64,000 nt of DNA from the human T2T-CHM13v2.0 reference genome, Homo sapiens: assembly GCF_009914755.1 (NCBI RefSeq), contig NC_060932.1; one strand, 5' to 3'. This document shows positions 1 to 11,909 of the stretch, in pieces. Position numbers and translations under genes: made by a program. Position 1 is the stretch's first letter; each line of letters begins with the position of its first letter. The notes beneath the pieces are model-generated. The model searched no databases. It was not told the origin of the DNA and saw only the letters and a program-made list of their open reading frames with translations.

Positions 1-974
1 TATTTTTAAAGGAAAAAAAGTAATTCTTTCCCCAAAAACTAGATACCAAAACAAAAAACAAATAATAAAACTAGGTACTAGTTTTCAGAGGCATGCATTT
101 TATTTCCATGTCTCATATTTTCTGTTTTAGCCTAATGCCCAGACGTTGATTATTTGTAAGCATTACCACAATTCTAGATAAAACCAGAGTTATTTGGTAG
201 ACTGTTCAACTAAAATTTTAAAATTTTTTCCAAATTTTTAGTATTATATAGCCAACGTTTATTACATGTGTGAAAGTTGGTCAGGTATAAAGTGAGCACC
301 TGCCCTTGGAGGTCACCCACATCTCAGGATCACACAGCATTCCTAGGAACTTTCACAACATGGTAAAGGCCATTAGTTCTCGTGCAGCTGTGAAGTTGAA
401 TACTGAGCTACAAATGGTTTCGTGTTCCCATATCAGTAAGCCATGTACCCAGGTATGTCATATCTCCTCCAGTTTGCCTAGATGTAACAATATTTTGCCA
501 CACATTTCATAGTTTACCTGTGATTGTCAAAATCCTTTATCCACTCCATAGAACTACTAAAGGCTTTAACCAGCAGTTTTGATTATGAAAAAGCAGTGGC
601 TCAAATTGCTGAACCAGAGTGCTGATTAAATTGAAGCTATTCAAAACATGGATTGATCACTTATTACATATGTGTGGAATACAAAGGTGAATAAACTCAC
701 AACCCTGACACTAAGCAGCACACATAACCACTATACAAGGCAGAAAGGGATAATGAGACGACACAGGTATGACCACCGTTATCTGAAGCATAGAGGAGGG
801 GAACAACACATTTAGCTGAGGGGATTGGGAAATGCATTTTGGAGGAGGTGGCATTTGAGAACGGCCATATAGGATTTCAAAGGGCCTTTTAGGAAAAATA
901 TCTTGGGATATGATGAAATTCCATTCATTTACAAGGCCCTGCAAGGGGCGTGCTCTGTCACATACTTTCTCTCT

Positions 975-1380
975 GGAGCTTCACCTGAACATGTTCCTGT
1001 CCTTTCTCTGGTCTAGCCACATAGGCCCATCTTAGTTCCTGGTACCCTCTCTCCTGTCACATGATTTCTACATATGCTATTCCCTCTGGCTGGAACAACT
1101 TTGTACCACCTTTTTACCTATGTAACTCCTAATTATCCTTCAGACCCCAGCCCAAGTGCCACCTCCTCAGGGAAGCCTTGGAGATCAAATCCTCTCACAC
1201 AGGCTCTCATGCCATTCATTTGTATGATCACTTGATTGAAGTCTGTGTGCCCCAGTGGATCATAAGCTCCACGGGGGCACCAACTGTGTGTATTACTTCA
1301 CCTTTGTATTACCTGCATCTGGCAGAATGTCTGACACCTACCAGGTGCTTAATAATTGGTATTGAATGAATACATGAATT
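975..1380 (+). mobile_element. L2 LINE 3' fragment
   Basis: Typical L2 3' end: tatgctattccctctggctggaac...aggtgcttaataattggtattgaatgaatacatgaat. Confidence 0.7.
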
Positions 1381-3119
1381 AATATGAGCCAAGGAAAGCA
1401 CAGAGGTGTGTTTGGAAACTGATAAAAAATCTGGTTTGACCGAAGAAATAATCTTCAAGTTTATGTTCAGACACAATGATGACATACAAATTGTCCAAAA
1501 GTGTTTTTCTGGTAAAATTTAAAAATGGCTCCTGTTTCCCAGTGCATAAGACAATACATTCATGGATAGATTTCTCCACTTAAAGTTTTTCTCCTATATA
1601 TTTTTTCTAAGCATTTGAAGACTTACAGTAGTCACAGTCTCTTTTTTTTGCCTGTAAGCATCAGTGAAGAACAAAATAAATGAATGTACAGCAAAAAATA
1701 TTAGAAGAGAAAAGGTAATCATGATTAGTTTGACAACATAATCATTATAGACATTTGCTCATGGATATTGTATTATACATACATGTAACAGTTGTATTTT
1801 TCATGAGTTAAGTTTTTCCTAATTGATAGGATCCCCTTTCTACTGCAAAGAGGTAGAAAACATTGTTGGCCAGGATCAAACATTCATAGGAAAAATGTAA
1901 GTTCATTAAATCACCCACATAGCTTGAAATATTATAATTTTGCAACTGTGTAGACAAAACATCTGGATGATTAGATACATTTTTCATTTTCATCCGATTG
2001 TTTCAGAGTTACATACTCCTTCAATGGCCTAATATCTCCATGGTAACTTTATATCATATATGTACATTTTGCTTTTGCTACATATTAATTATCTGAAAAC
2101 AATTTAGGATTTAAAAATCACAATTACAATAGTATGCACTAATTATTCAGAGAATTTCACTCTATTTTTGTGTTGTTTTCAGAGTTTCACAACTTTCCTA
2201 TTTACTAATTCTAGGGTTTCTATTAAAAGTGTATTGTAATTCAAAACCCTAGCTTGTTCTAGGACTTTTTGGTCCATTATATTTTCCTAAAGTATTCATT
2301 TCATTCTTTTTTCTTCCTCTTTTTTATTTAATCATTAAATTATCTTATTTTACTTGGCTTTATACTAAAATAACCCAATATATTATACTGACCTCACCAA
2401 AGCTAGACATATGTACAGCATTTACTTAATTGAACTTTTCTGGCTTGTCTTGTTCTATATTTAAGCCTCCATTATGCAATGCTATTTACTTGATTTATTG
2501 GGTTTGGCTTACATGTTTTATAAATTGTGACTGTTGGGAAAATTTTAAAGAGATTGACTTGGCCTGATTGGAGAGTTTTATATTGAGGACTCGTTGCCAT
2601 TGAATTTACATTTATTTTAAAAAATACATGCATTTTAATAAGGACCTTGATCTGGGAATAAATAACACTGGCTTCCAGTAGCTAGGACAAAAGGTTTCTT
2701 CCAATTTTAGATTATTTTTTCCAATTTTAGAATTTAGTTGAAGGCTCAAGTCTATGTGATACCAAACACCGAGGTGAGGGGGTGGAAATGTAGTCATTGG
2801 GATGTTTCAGGATATCTGAATAGAGGGCATTCTATAGGCCCTACATTCCAATGGTTTTCTGCATTGTCCTCTTTCTATCCAGAAATTTGGGCTTCTGCCT
2901 AAGTCCTTTTCTAAGGGCTTATACTCTTTTTCTAAGGTTATCCTTAGGGAAAATTGGTAAAGTAATAGTTACTCCATTAACCAAGTTTAACAGGGATTGC
3001 TGTGTATAGGTCCTATAATATCCTCTGATGACAGGGACTAATTCAATATAAAATACTGCCTTTTTTTCCTTTTATCTGTGGTTTAAATTCCTAAGTTTGT
3101 ATGTCTCTTGCTATGCCCA

Positions 3120-3430
3120 GTTATATATGGAGTGCTACTATGTCCAAACACTGTGCTAAGTGCCAGGGAGTCAAAACTAAGTTAAACACAGTCCCTGCCC
3201 TGAAGGAACTCACAGAGACATAATGGAGTAGTGGCCGCATGGACAAAGTGTAGCGGTAGCATTCAAGAAGAGCAGTGCCCCACAGTACCTGGCCAGTGAG
3301 AAGGAGGAACAGGGAAAACCAGGGAAGAGGTGACCCTTGAGCTGAGTCTTCTAAGCGATTTGGGTCTGATCAGTCAGACAAGATGGGGAAGGCACTCGGG
3401 GGGAGGAAACAGCACAAATGAAGATGCAAT
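3120..3430 (-). mobile_element. L2 LINE fragment
   Basis: tgctactatgtccaaacactgtgctaagtgcc...acagtccctgccctgaaggaactcacag resembles the reverse strand of the L2 3' end. Confidence 0.6.
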
Positions 3431-4003
3431 ACCTCATTCATTCAACCATTCAAAAAAATTTACTGAGCAAGTTCTATGTGCTATGAGTAGAACGCGTGGC
3501 TCTGCCTTAAGAAGTGTACTGTCAGATAGAGAAGGAAGATCTAATACGTGGATAAGGTGAACATAGTACTGTAAGAAAATAGCAGAGGCATTCCCAGGGT
3601 GGAACAGAGCTGAGGAAGGACTTCCAACCCAGATGCCCACCTGGCTCAGTTTACAATCTCAGCCCCGCGGAGGAGGCTTCTGCTGCTCTGTGCCAAGGTG
3701 GAGCCTTCTGGATCAAGCCTGCATGGACTCTATTCATCCCGTCGCTGTCCTTTCAGGGCTGCCCCTGTCAGAGGGCCTGCCGTGTGCTGGGCCTCTCGCC
3801 AACCCATCTCCACCTATACCAATTTTCCCTTGGAGCCCAACATGCTCTGTGCTCAGTACCTCAAAATTAAGACAAGGTGTCAAGAGAGCAATCTTGCCAA
3901 AGACTCTGGGACCCGAAAAGGCCACTGAGAGACCCATTGGTAGCACAGCTCCTTGTTGTCTCCAAACCAGCAGCATCATCTCACTTGGAAGCTTGTTAGA
4001 AAC

Positions 4004-4230
4004 GAGGATCGAGACCATCCTGGCTAACATTGTGAAGCCCCATCTCTACTAAAAATACAAAAATTAGCTGGGCATGGTGGCACACACCTGTAGTCTCGGG
4101 AGGCTGAAGCAGGAGAATTGCTTGAATCCTGGAGGCAGTGGTTGCAGTGAGCCAAGATTGCACCACTGCACTCCAGCCTGGGCAACAGAGCGAGACTCCG
4201 TCTCCAAGAAAAAAAAAAGAAAGAAAGAAA
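4004..4230 (+). mobile_element. 5'-truncated Alu (AluSc/Y-like)
   Basis: gatcgagaccatcctggctaaca, A5TACA5 linker, right arm, A-rich tail. Confidence 0.9.
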
Positions 4231-4245
4231 CAAATGAGTAATCTC

Positions 4246-4490
4246 AGCTAGCAGTGGTGGCTCACGCCTGGAATCCCAGCACCTGAGGTCAGGAGTTTGA
4301 GACTAGCCTGGCCAAAGTGGTAAAACCCCGTCTCTAACAAAAAATACAAAAATTAGCCAGGTGTGGCGGCACACGCCTGTAGTCCCAGCTACTCGGGAGG
4401 CTGAGGCACGAGAATTGCTTGAACCTGGGAGGCAGAGGTGGCAGTGGGCCGAGATGCGCCACTGCACTTCAGCCTGGGTGGCAGAGTGAG
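4246..4490 (+). mobile_element. AluS with left-arm deletion; tail runs into the GA tract
   Basis: tggctcacgcctggaatcccagcac|ctgaggtcaggag...gcagagtgaga. Confidence 0.9.
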
Positions 4491-4494
4491 ATAA

Positions 4495-6034
4495 GGGAGA
4501 GAGAGAGAGAGATTGAGACAAGGAAGGAAGGAAAGAAAGAAAGAGAGAGCGAGAGAAAGAAAGAAAGAAGAGAGAGAGAGAAAAGAAAGAGGGAGAGAGA
4601 GAAAGAAAGAAAGAGAGAAAGAGGAAAGAAAGAAAAGAAGAAAGAAAAAGAGGGAGAGAGAGAAAGAAAGAAAAGAAAGAGAGAAAGAGGAAAGAAAGGA
4701 AAGAAAGAAAAGAAGAAAGAAAAAGAAATAAAGACAAGAAAGGAAAGAGAGCAAGAAAGAAAGAGGAAAGAGAGAAAGAAAGAAAGGAAGAAAGAAAGAC
4801 AGACTCTCAGGTCTTCAGGCCCCTGAGAGAATCTGCATTTAACAGGGTCGTGGTCACAGGTGGGAGAAAAGGAAGAAGAAAGAAAGAAAAGAAAAGAAAG
4901 GGAGAGAGAAAGAAAGAGGAAAGATAGAAAGGAAAGAAATTTAAAAAGGAAAGAAAGAAATGAAAGAAAGAGAAAGAAAAGAAAGAGAAAGAAAGAAGAA
5001 AGGAAAGAGAGAAAGAGGAAAGAAAAGAAAGAAGAGAGAGAAAGAAAGAAAGAGAAAGAAAGAAAGAAAAAAGAAAGACTCTCAGGTCTACAGGCCCCTG
5101 AGAGAATCTGCATTTAACAGGGTCATGGTCACATGTGGGAGAAAAGGAAGAAGAAAGAAAGAAAGAGGAAAGAGAAAGAAAGGGGAAAGAGAAAAAAGGA
5201 AAGAAATAAAAAAGGAAGAAAAGAAAGAAAAGAGAAAGAGGAAAGGAGAGAGAAAGAAAGAGGAAAGAAAGAGAAAAACAAAGAAAAGAAAGGAGAGAGA
5301 AAGAAAGAAGAAAGAGAAAGAAAGAAAAGAAGAAGAGAGAAAGAAAACAAAGAGGGAGAAGAGAAAGAAAAAAGAAAAAAGAAAGAAAAGAAAGAGAGAG
5401 GGAGAACAAGCAAAGAAGGGAAAGAAAGAGAAAGAAAAGAAGAAAGAAAAAGAGAAGAAAGGAAAGAAAGAGAGAGAAAGAAAGAGGAAAGAGAGAAAGA
5501 AAGAGAAAGAAAAGAAAGAAAGAAGAGAGAGAGAAAGCAAGCAAGCAAGCCTCTCAGGTCTTCAGGCCCCTGAGAATCTGCATTTAACAGGGTCATGGTC
5601 ACAGGTGGGAGAAAAGGAAGAAGAAAGAAAAGAAAAAGAAAGAAAGGAAAGAAAGAAGAGAGAAAGAAACAGGAAAGAGAGAAAGAAAGAGAGAGAAAGA
5701 AAAGAAAGAAGAGAAAGAAAGAAAGAAAGAAAGAAGAAAGAAGAAAGAAAGAAAGAAAGACAGAAAGACAGACAGACAAACTGACTCTCAGGTCTTCAGG
5801 CCCCTGAGAGAATCTGCATTTAACAGGGTCACAGTCACAGGTGGGAGAAGAAGAAGAAGAAAGAAAGAAAGGAAAGAAAGAGAGAGAAAGAAAGAGGAAA
5901 GAGAGAAAGAAAGGAAAGAAAGAAAGAGAAAAGAAAGAGAAAGAGAAGAAAGGAAAGAGAGAGAAAGAGGAAAGAAAGAAAAAGAGAAGAAAGAAAGAAG
6001 AAACAGAGAAAGAAAGAAGAAAGAAAGAAAGAAA

Positions 6035-6091
<57 letters not shown>

Positions 6092-6158
6092 GAAAGGCTG
6101 ACTCTCAGGTCTTTAGGCCGATGAGAGAAGCTGCATTTAACAGGGTCACAGTCACAGG
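4495..6158. repeat. Compound tandem repeat: GA-rich tracts separated by five ~60-bp conserved units
   Basis: Unit gactctcaggtcttcaggcccctgagagaatctgcatttaacagggtca(tg/ca)gtcacaggt starts at ~4802, 5077, 5549, 5783, 6100. Confidence 0.97.
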
Positions 6159-7009
6159 TAATGTTCCCATTAAAGTTGGCACGCGCTGGCCTAGCTCACA
6201 CATGCATTTTAAGCCATTCTAGATGTATAGAAGTAAACTTTTAGGGCTGAAGAACATTTACCAACTTCCTCAGGTTATCTTAGTGTTTACTTGGATGTAT
6301 TTACACATAAATCCCTCAAGCAACATATTTGAAACTTTATTTTCACCTTTGTTATCACTTCGGTGGAGACAAAAATAGTCACCATTCTTGTATATTAACC
6401 TTTCACATACTTTTGAAGTACTGGTTTTCTTAGCTCATAATTAGCTTGAAAAAACCTTCATTTGCATGAAAAGGGAAACTTCTTAAGTTAGAAAATTTTG
6501 CTAACTTAAATAGCACACGCCTAATTGTGAAACACAGGGTGAAATTCCTCTAAGCAGTATTTATTTTCTTGTAACAAGGCTTTGCCAACAGCTACTGACC
6601 TCTGATTTGCTTATGCAAAGGGTCTTACCTTTCAATAGAATGTTGCAGTCCCAACATACCAAGGCTTTTCCCTTTGTCTTGAAGTCTTTAATAACCACTC
6701 CCCAGGTCGCTTCTGCTGGAGGATGATTCTAGCTGTCCTGTGGTAGGAATGGCTCTTTTATACCTCTTCTGAGCCATTTTATACCTCTTCTGATCAGAGA
6801 TAGGATTCCAATGTCTCACATTTCATTATCTTAGAATCCTCCAAATAAAAGCAGTGATATTGACTCAGAATTAGACACTTACGGGTAAGCATCCGTACGC
6901 AGTCCATTGCACAAAAAAGCTTAACAAGTCTTTTTCTAACAAAAACATAGTAAATGTAAAACTTTTAGGCTTCCTCGAAGACATAAAAATTTACTAAAAT
7001 AATAGGCAT

Positions 7010-7318
7010 AGCTGGGCATGGTGGCTCATGCCTGTAATCCCAGCACTTTGGGAGGCTGAGGTGATAGGCTCGCTTGAGGCCAGGGGTTTGAGATCGGCCT
7101 GAGCAATGAAGTGACACTCCATTTCTACAAAAAGTTTTTAAAAATTAGCTGGGTGTGGTGGCGCATGCCTGTGGTCCTAGCTACTCAGGAGGCTGAGGCA
7201 GGAGGATCACTTGAGCCCAGGAGGTTGAGGCTGCAGTGAGCCATGGTCTGATCATGACATTGCACTCCAACCTGGGTGACAGAGTGAGACCCTGTCGCAA
7301 AATAATAATAATAATACT
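7010..7318 (+). mobile_element. AluJ
   Basis: Full dimer, (AAT)n tail, degenerate TSD aataataggcata/aatactaggtata. Confidence 0.92.
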
Positions 7319-7496
7319 AGGTATAATATATTTATTATTATGCCTATAACTTACAGGAATCACTATCTTTAGACAGCAGTGATTTTCTGCATATTTGTAT
7401 ATATTTTGAATATAATTGAATTGAAACAGAGCAATTGCCCCAATTCAGCATGCTGCAGGGTAGCTCTGTTCTATTTTTCTATCTGTCTGTAAAATT

Positions 7497-7780
7497 TTGT
7501 TTAGAGACAAAGTCTTACTCTGTGGCTCAGGCTGGAGTGCACTGGCATGATCAGACCATAGTTTACTGCAGCCTTGAACTTCTGGGTTCAAGGGATCCTC
7601 CCACCTTAGCCTCCTGAGTAGCTGGGACTACAGGCATATGCCACCATGCCTGGCTAATAAAAAAAACTTTTTTTTTGGTAGAGATGTGATCTTGCTATAT
7701 TGCCCCCCAGGCTGATTTTGAACTCTCGGCCTCAAGTGATCCTCTCTTCTCTGCCTCCCAAAGTGCTGCAATTACCGGCT
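7497..7780 (-). mobile_element. AluJ
   Basis: Reverse-strand dimer with J-type gatcctcccacc. Confidence 0.92.
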
Positions 7781-7829
7781 ATAATATTATATTTTTATTG
7801 CTAAAAGAATAATACTATATATTCTGACT

Positions 7830-8630
7830 ATGGTCATGGTCACATGAATCTTAGCATTAGATAAATTGTATAGAACTAAGCATGCACACACGCGTGCTTG
7901 CACACACACACACGCACACACACAGAGCAATTGTCCTAGGCATTTATTCCAGAGAAATAAAAACTTATGTTCACACACAAACATGTAAACAAATGTTTAC
8001 AGCAGTTTTATTTGTAATAGTCCCAAAGTGGAAATAATCCAAATGTCCTTCAATGGGTGAATAGCTAAACAAATTGTGGTATATTCATATCATGGACTAT
8101 TACTAAGCATTAATAGAGTCAAACTATTGATATACACAACAACTTGAATAGATCTCAAGGATATCTCAAAAGGCTATATATTGTACGATTCCATTTATAT
8201 AACATCCTTGAAATGACAAAATTACAGAGATGGAAAACAGATTAGTAGTTGCCAGAGGTTAGGGAGTGGGGTAGGAAGGAGGTGGCTGTGGCTGTGGCTA
8301 TAAAAGGGTAGCACGAGGGATCTTTATGATGAAACTATTACATATCTTCACTGGTGGTGGTTACATCAAACTATGCATGTGAAAATATCGCATAGAACTG
8401 AGTATATACACACACCCCTTCACACATACATATATGTAAATGAGTGCATATAAAACAGAATAAGATTGCTGGACTGCATCAGTGTGAATTTTCTGGTGGT
8501 GATATTGTACTATAATTATGCAAGACATTGTCATTGAGGGAAACTGGGCAAAGGGTATATGGGATCTCCCCACATTATTTCTTACAACTGTATGAAAATC
8601 TATAATTATCTCAAAATAAAAAGTTAGAAA
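7830..8630 (+). mobile_element. Old L1 (L1MC/MD-type) 3' end
   Basis: ctaggcatttattccagagaaataaaaacttatgttcacac...ataattatctcaaaataaaaagtt. Confidence 0.8.
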
Positions 8631-11608
8631 ATAATACAGCAATTTCTCTGAACCTGGGGCTGTTGTAAGAATTAATAAGACAAAATATAGAATGCAGATC
8701 TTTGAAAGCTTTCTTTGTGTGTATAAAACATTAATATTATTTTTAATTCTGAAGGGGCACCCCAGCATTAGGTTTTATAGTTCAAAATTACATGAAATTG
8801 ATGGACCTCACCTTGATTCTATCTTTTAAATTTGGAGCTTAGAGTTTTATTAATTTCTTTCACTTATTAGGGTCCACTAGTTTTGCTAACAACTTCAGCA
8901 AATGTGTCTACTACTTAAGAGATTTTGTGTGAGACGTTGAATGCTGTATTCAATGGGTGCTCTCTATAAATACTGTTTAAAATTAGATGGCAAAGACTTT
9001 CAATTTACATTCTGCCAACTGTTTTACCACACTTTTTTTCTTGCCTGTTTGCCTGCCATGTTATCCTCTATAATGAGTGAGTTACAGTAATTGTAGCTGG
9101 AAAAATCATCATGCAAGGGGGGAAAAAAGCTCAAAACCTGCCTTATTTTTAAATCAGTAAAGCTTCTGTCATTTTTTGGCTGAGTTACAGCCTCACAGCA
9201 AAGTCAAAGAACCAATAGAGTAAATGCCACGTGGGGAAAGGCTTGGTTGAAGCATAAATTAACTGTATTTCATTTTCCCTTAATAAAGAATTTCAGTTTT
9301 TCCACAGTTAACTGTATAATCAATTTGCTCCCCTGCTGGTTTGCTAACTTGCTGTTGGCTTTACTTCAATAATATTGAGCCGAGCCTGTAACGAGAGAAA
9401 GAGGAGGAGCTGATCTCACTGAGAAAAAAATACACTGCTGTGATAGAACATACAGTTTCTCCTTCCTGGAATTTTTCTGGGCCTTTTATCCTTTAAAAGC
9501 CTAAACGTGTTGCCCCAAGACCCCCCACGCCTCTGGCCTCTCCACACTCATTATAATATCTGGTATATTCACAGAGCTACTGTAATCATGTTTTGTTGAT
9601 GGGAGGATGTTCGAGTTTTAAATCCTTCTCCATGTTCTGCAGCCTGGGGCTTCCCAGCCTTGGAGTGCCACTGGAAGACTTTTGTGTTTGATTGATTGAT
9701 TGATGTTTTATTTTCTTTTTAAAAATCATTTAACTATGCAAGAAGTAAGAAAGTTGCTTCCATGAATAGCGCAGAATAACTCAACATCAAACACTGCTGC
9801 GCAATCAGCACTTTAATTGTAAAATTATCCTACTGGAAGGGTCGGAGAGAGCACAGAAAAAATACATTCTATCATAACTGCTGATTTTGTTCTTCCTGCC
9901 CTTCCCATGCCTAGAAATTATACCCTATACTATGGGTTGGTTCACTAACTTACTTGTAATTCTACTTTTTTTTTTTCCAGCTTTCTGGATTACAAGACAC
10001 AAGTTAAACATACAAGATAAACAAATATTATCTTTAGTCACAGAATCACCAGACAAAAAGCTCTTCAGAGCAAGCTGTCTCCACCCCTCCACATTGCTAC
10101 TTCTGCTCCTCATGCCCAAAGCGGCACTTCAATTCGAGGACGGCTCACTCGGAGAACTGGGAGAAGCAGTAGGGCCCTGAAGTCAAACCACCACAACCCC
10201 TTTATCGGCTCCAGGGCTGGGTGCCCAAAATTTGGTTTTTGCCTCAGATAGCTTCGTAGTCACATTAACCCCTAAGGTGCCTTCCAGAGGACTGTGGAAG
10301 AATATAGGATTACAGAACTTCACAGATTCTTGGTGTAGACATTCACAAAAACCCTCCCATTCTCAGCGTTGATTCTTTCTTTTGTTTCCCTTAGCTCCTT
10401 TGCCAATGACTGTGGCACTTACTGTATAGTTTTGGACTATATCTCTCGTTGCCATAATTCCTGGGTCATCATTACATAATAGTTTGGAATGAGGTTTTGT
10501 TTTTGTTTTCATCCCTAATTTTATTGTAAATCCCTATTTTTTTCCCTCCCTGCCTTTCCCCCAGAGAGTCCCCAGGAAGTATTCTAATGAGCTGAGCTAT
10601 TTTTCAATTTCGCTCAGTTTTTCCATCTGATGGGAGAGTCCATTTAAATTGATTTTTCTGAAAGAAATGGTTCTTTCTTTTTTTTTCCAACAAGTTATAT
10701 GAGAAGGATTAAAAAGAAAGAGAAGGATAAGAAAATATGCCATTTAACACAACCTTTGTCCTTCTGGAAACTTCAAGATTTGATGTTCACCCGAAACTAT
10801 GCACAAAATGCAACAAAGCCTTCACGATTTGTCCTGTCCTTGGAAGCTAAATCTGAGCCTGCTCAGCAATTCTAGGCTTCCTGAAATGTTTTCGCTAAAA
10901 TCACCAAATCAAAATTTCAGTTTGTCTTGAAATCAAAGCAATATAGAAAATTCACACATACTACAGTGATAATAATCTGTTTTACAGAATCCACGAGAAA
11001 ATGAGTAACAAAGATACATATGAATGAATTTCTCTTTGGCAATCACAAAGAATTATTTTTTGAGGAAAATATAATTAAGAATGGCATTTTATTTGAGGAA
11101 AACACTCTAACACATTGTCACTGAGTGGGCTAGAGCATTCCAAACTCTTTCCCTGTCGTTTCTCCTTAAGATGCAGACCAGACTTAGGAGCATAGCCCTC
11201 AGTCGCATCAGAGCACACAATAGCTGGATTGGGGCGAAAAAGCACATAGGAGACAGTTGTTTGGCTGCTTTGGGGCAAGCCATGACAAGCTCAGGCAATA
11301 ATTTGAAAGAAACTTTTCCAAAAAGATCATGTAGCAAGCTCCCAATTTAAAAAACAGTAGGGATCGTGTCCAGTCAAATAATGGCGGCCACACCCATTGT
11401 GTCCAGTCCGTTCGCCATCCAAGAGATGTGACTGACTCACTTAGAGTGACTGACTCACTTAGAATCCACCGAAAAGTTGTTCCACAGACTTTTTCTTTGA
11501 GACAAGTTTTTTTTTTCTCCTAATCCCTGGTTGATAGTTAATTTATACTTTCATTTTTCATTTCCACACTAGCTGAAATGGCCATCATTTCTTAGGTCTT
11601 TGTTTTCT

Positions 11609-11909
11609 TTTTTTTTTTTTTTTTTCTGAGACAGGGTCTCACTCTGTCACCCAGGCTGGAGTGCAGTGGCGCCACCATGGCTCACTGCAGCCTCGACCTC
11701 CCAGGCTCAGGTGATCCTCCCACCTCAGTCTCCTGAGTCGTTAGGACTACAGGAGCATGCCACTACACCTTGCTACTTTTTGTATTTTTCTTAGAGATGG
11801 GGTTTCTCCATATTGCCCAGGCTGGTCTCAAACTCCTGGGCTCAAGCCATCCTCCTGCTTTGGCCTCCCAAAGTGCTGGGATTACAGGCATGAACCACCA
11901 TGCCTAGCC
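11609..11909 (-). mobile_element. AluJ
   Basis: Poly-T then gagacagggtctcactctgtcacccaggctgg, full dimer. Confidence 0.92.

Larger units (their letters stand above)
3945..6190. mobile_element. MER5-type (hAT-Charlie) relic split by two Alus and the GA-rich repeat
   Basis: Left piece accagcagcatcatctcacttggaagcttgttagaaa (to ~4002); right piece gactctcagg...gctgcatttaacagggtc...aggtaatgttcccattaaagttgg (6100-6190). Confidence 0.55.

Noticed and set aside
2211-2252. Mini element with ctagggttt/aaaccctag ends
   Set aside because: Only a 9-bp inverted repeat and no convincing TSD
3633-4052. 139-aa ORF in GC-richer sequence
   Set aside because: No recognisable domain and it ends inside MER5 and Alu sequence
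4303-6101. Long K/E/R-rich and F/L/S-rich ORFs up to 274 aa
   Set aside because: Purine-only tracts lack stop codons; these are low-complexity artefacts in all frames
4802-6158. CRISPR-like repeat-spacer layout
   Set aside because: Primate DNA, ~60-bp repeats, 170-410 bp microsatellite spacers, no cas genes; it is a compound tandem repeat
9212-9231. ER-stress element CCAAT-N9-CCACG
   Set aside because: The spacer here is 10 nt, not the required 9
9326-9340. CTCF site (minus strand ccagcaggggagca)
   Set aside because: Lacks the GGC core end of the consensus
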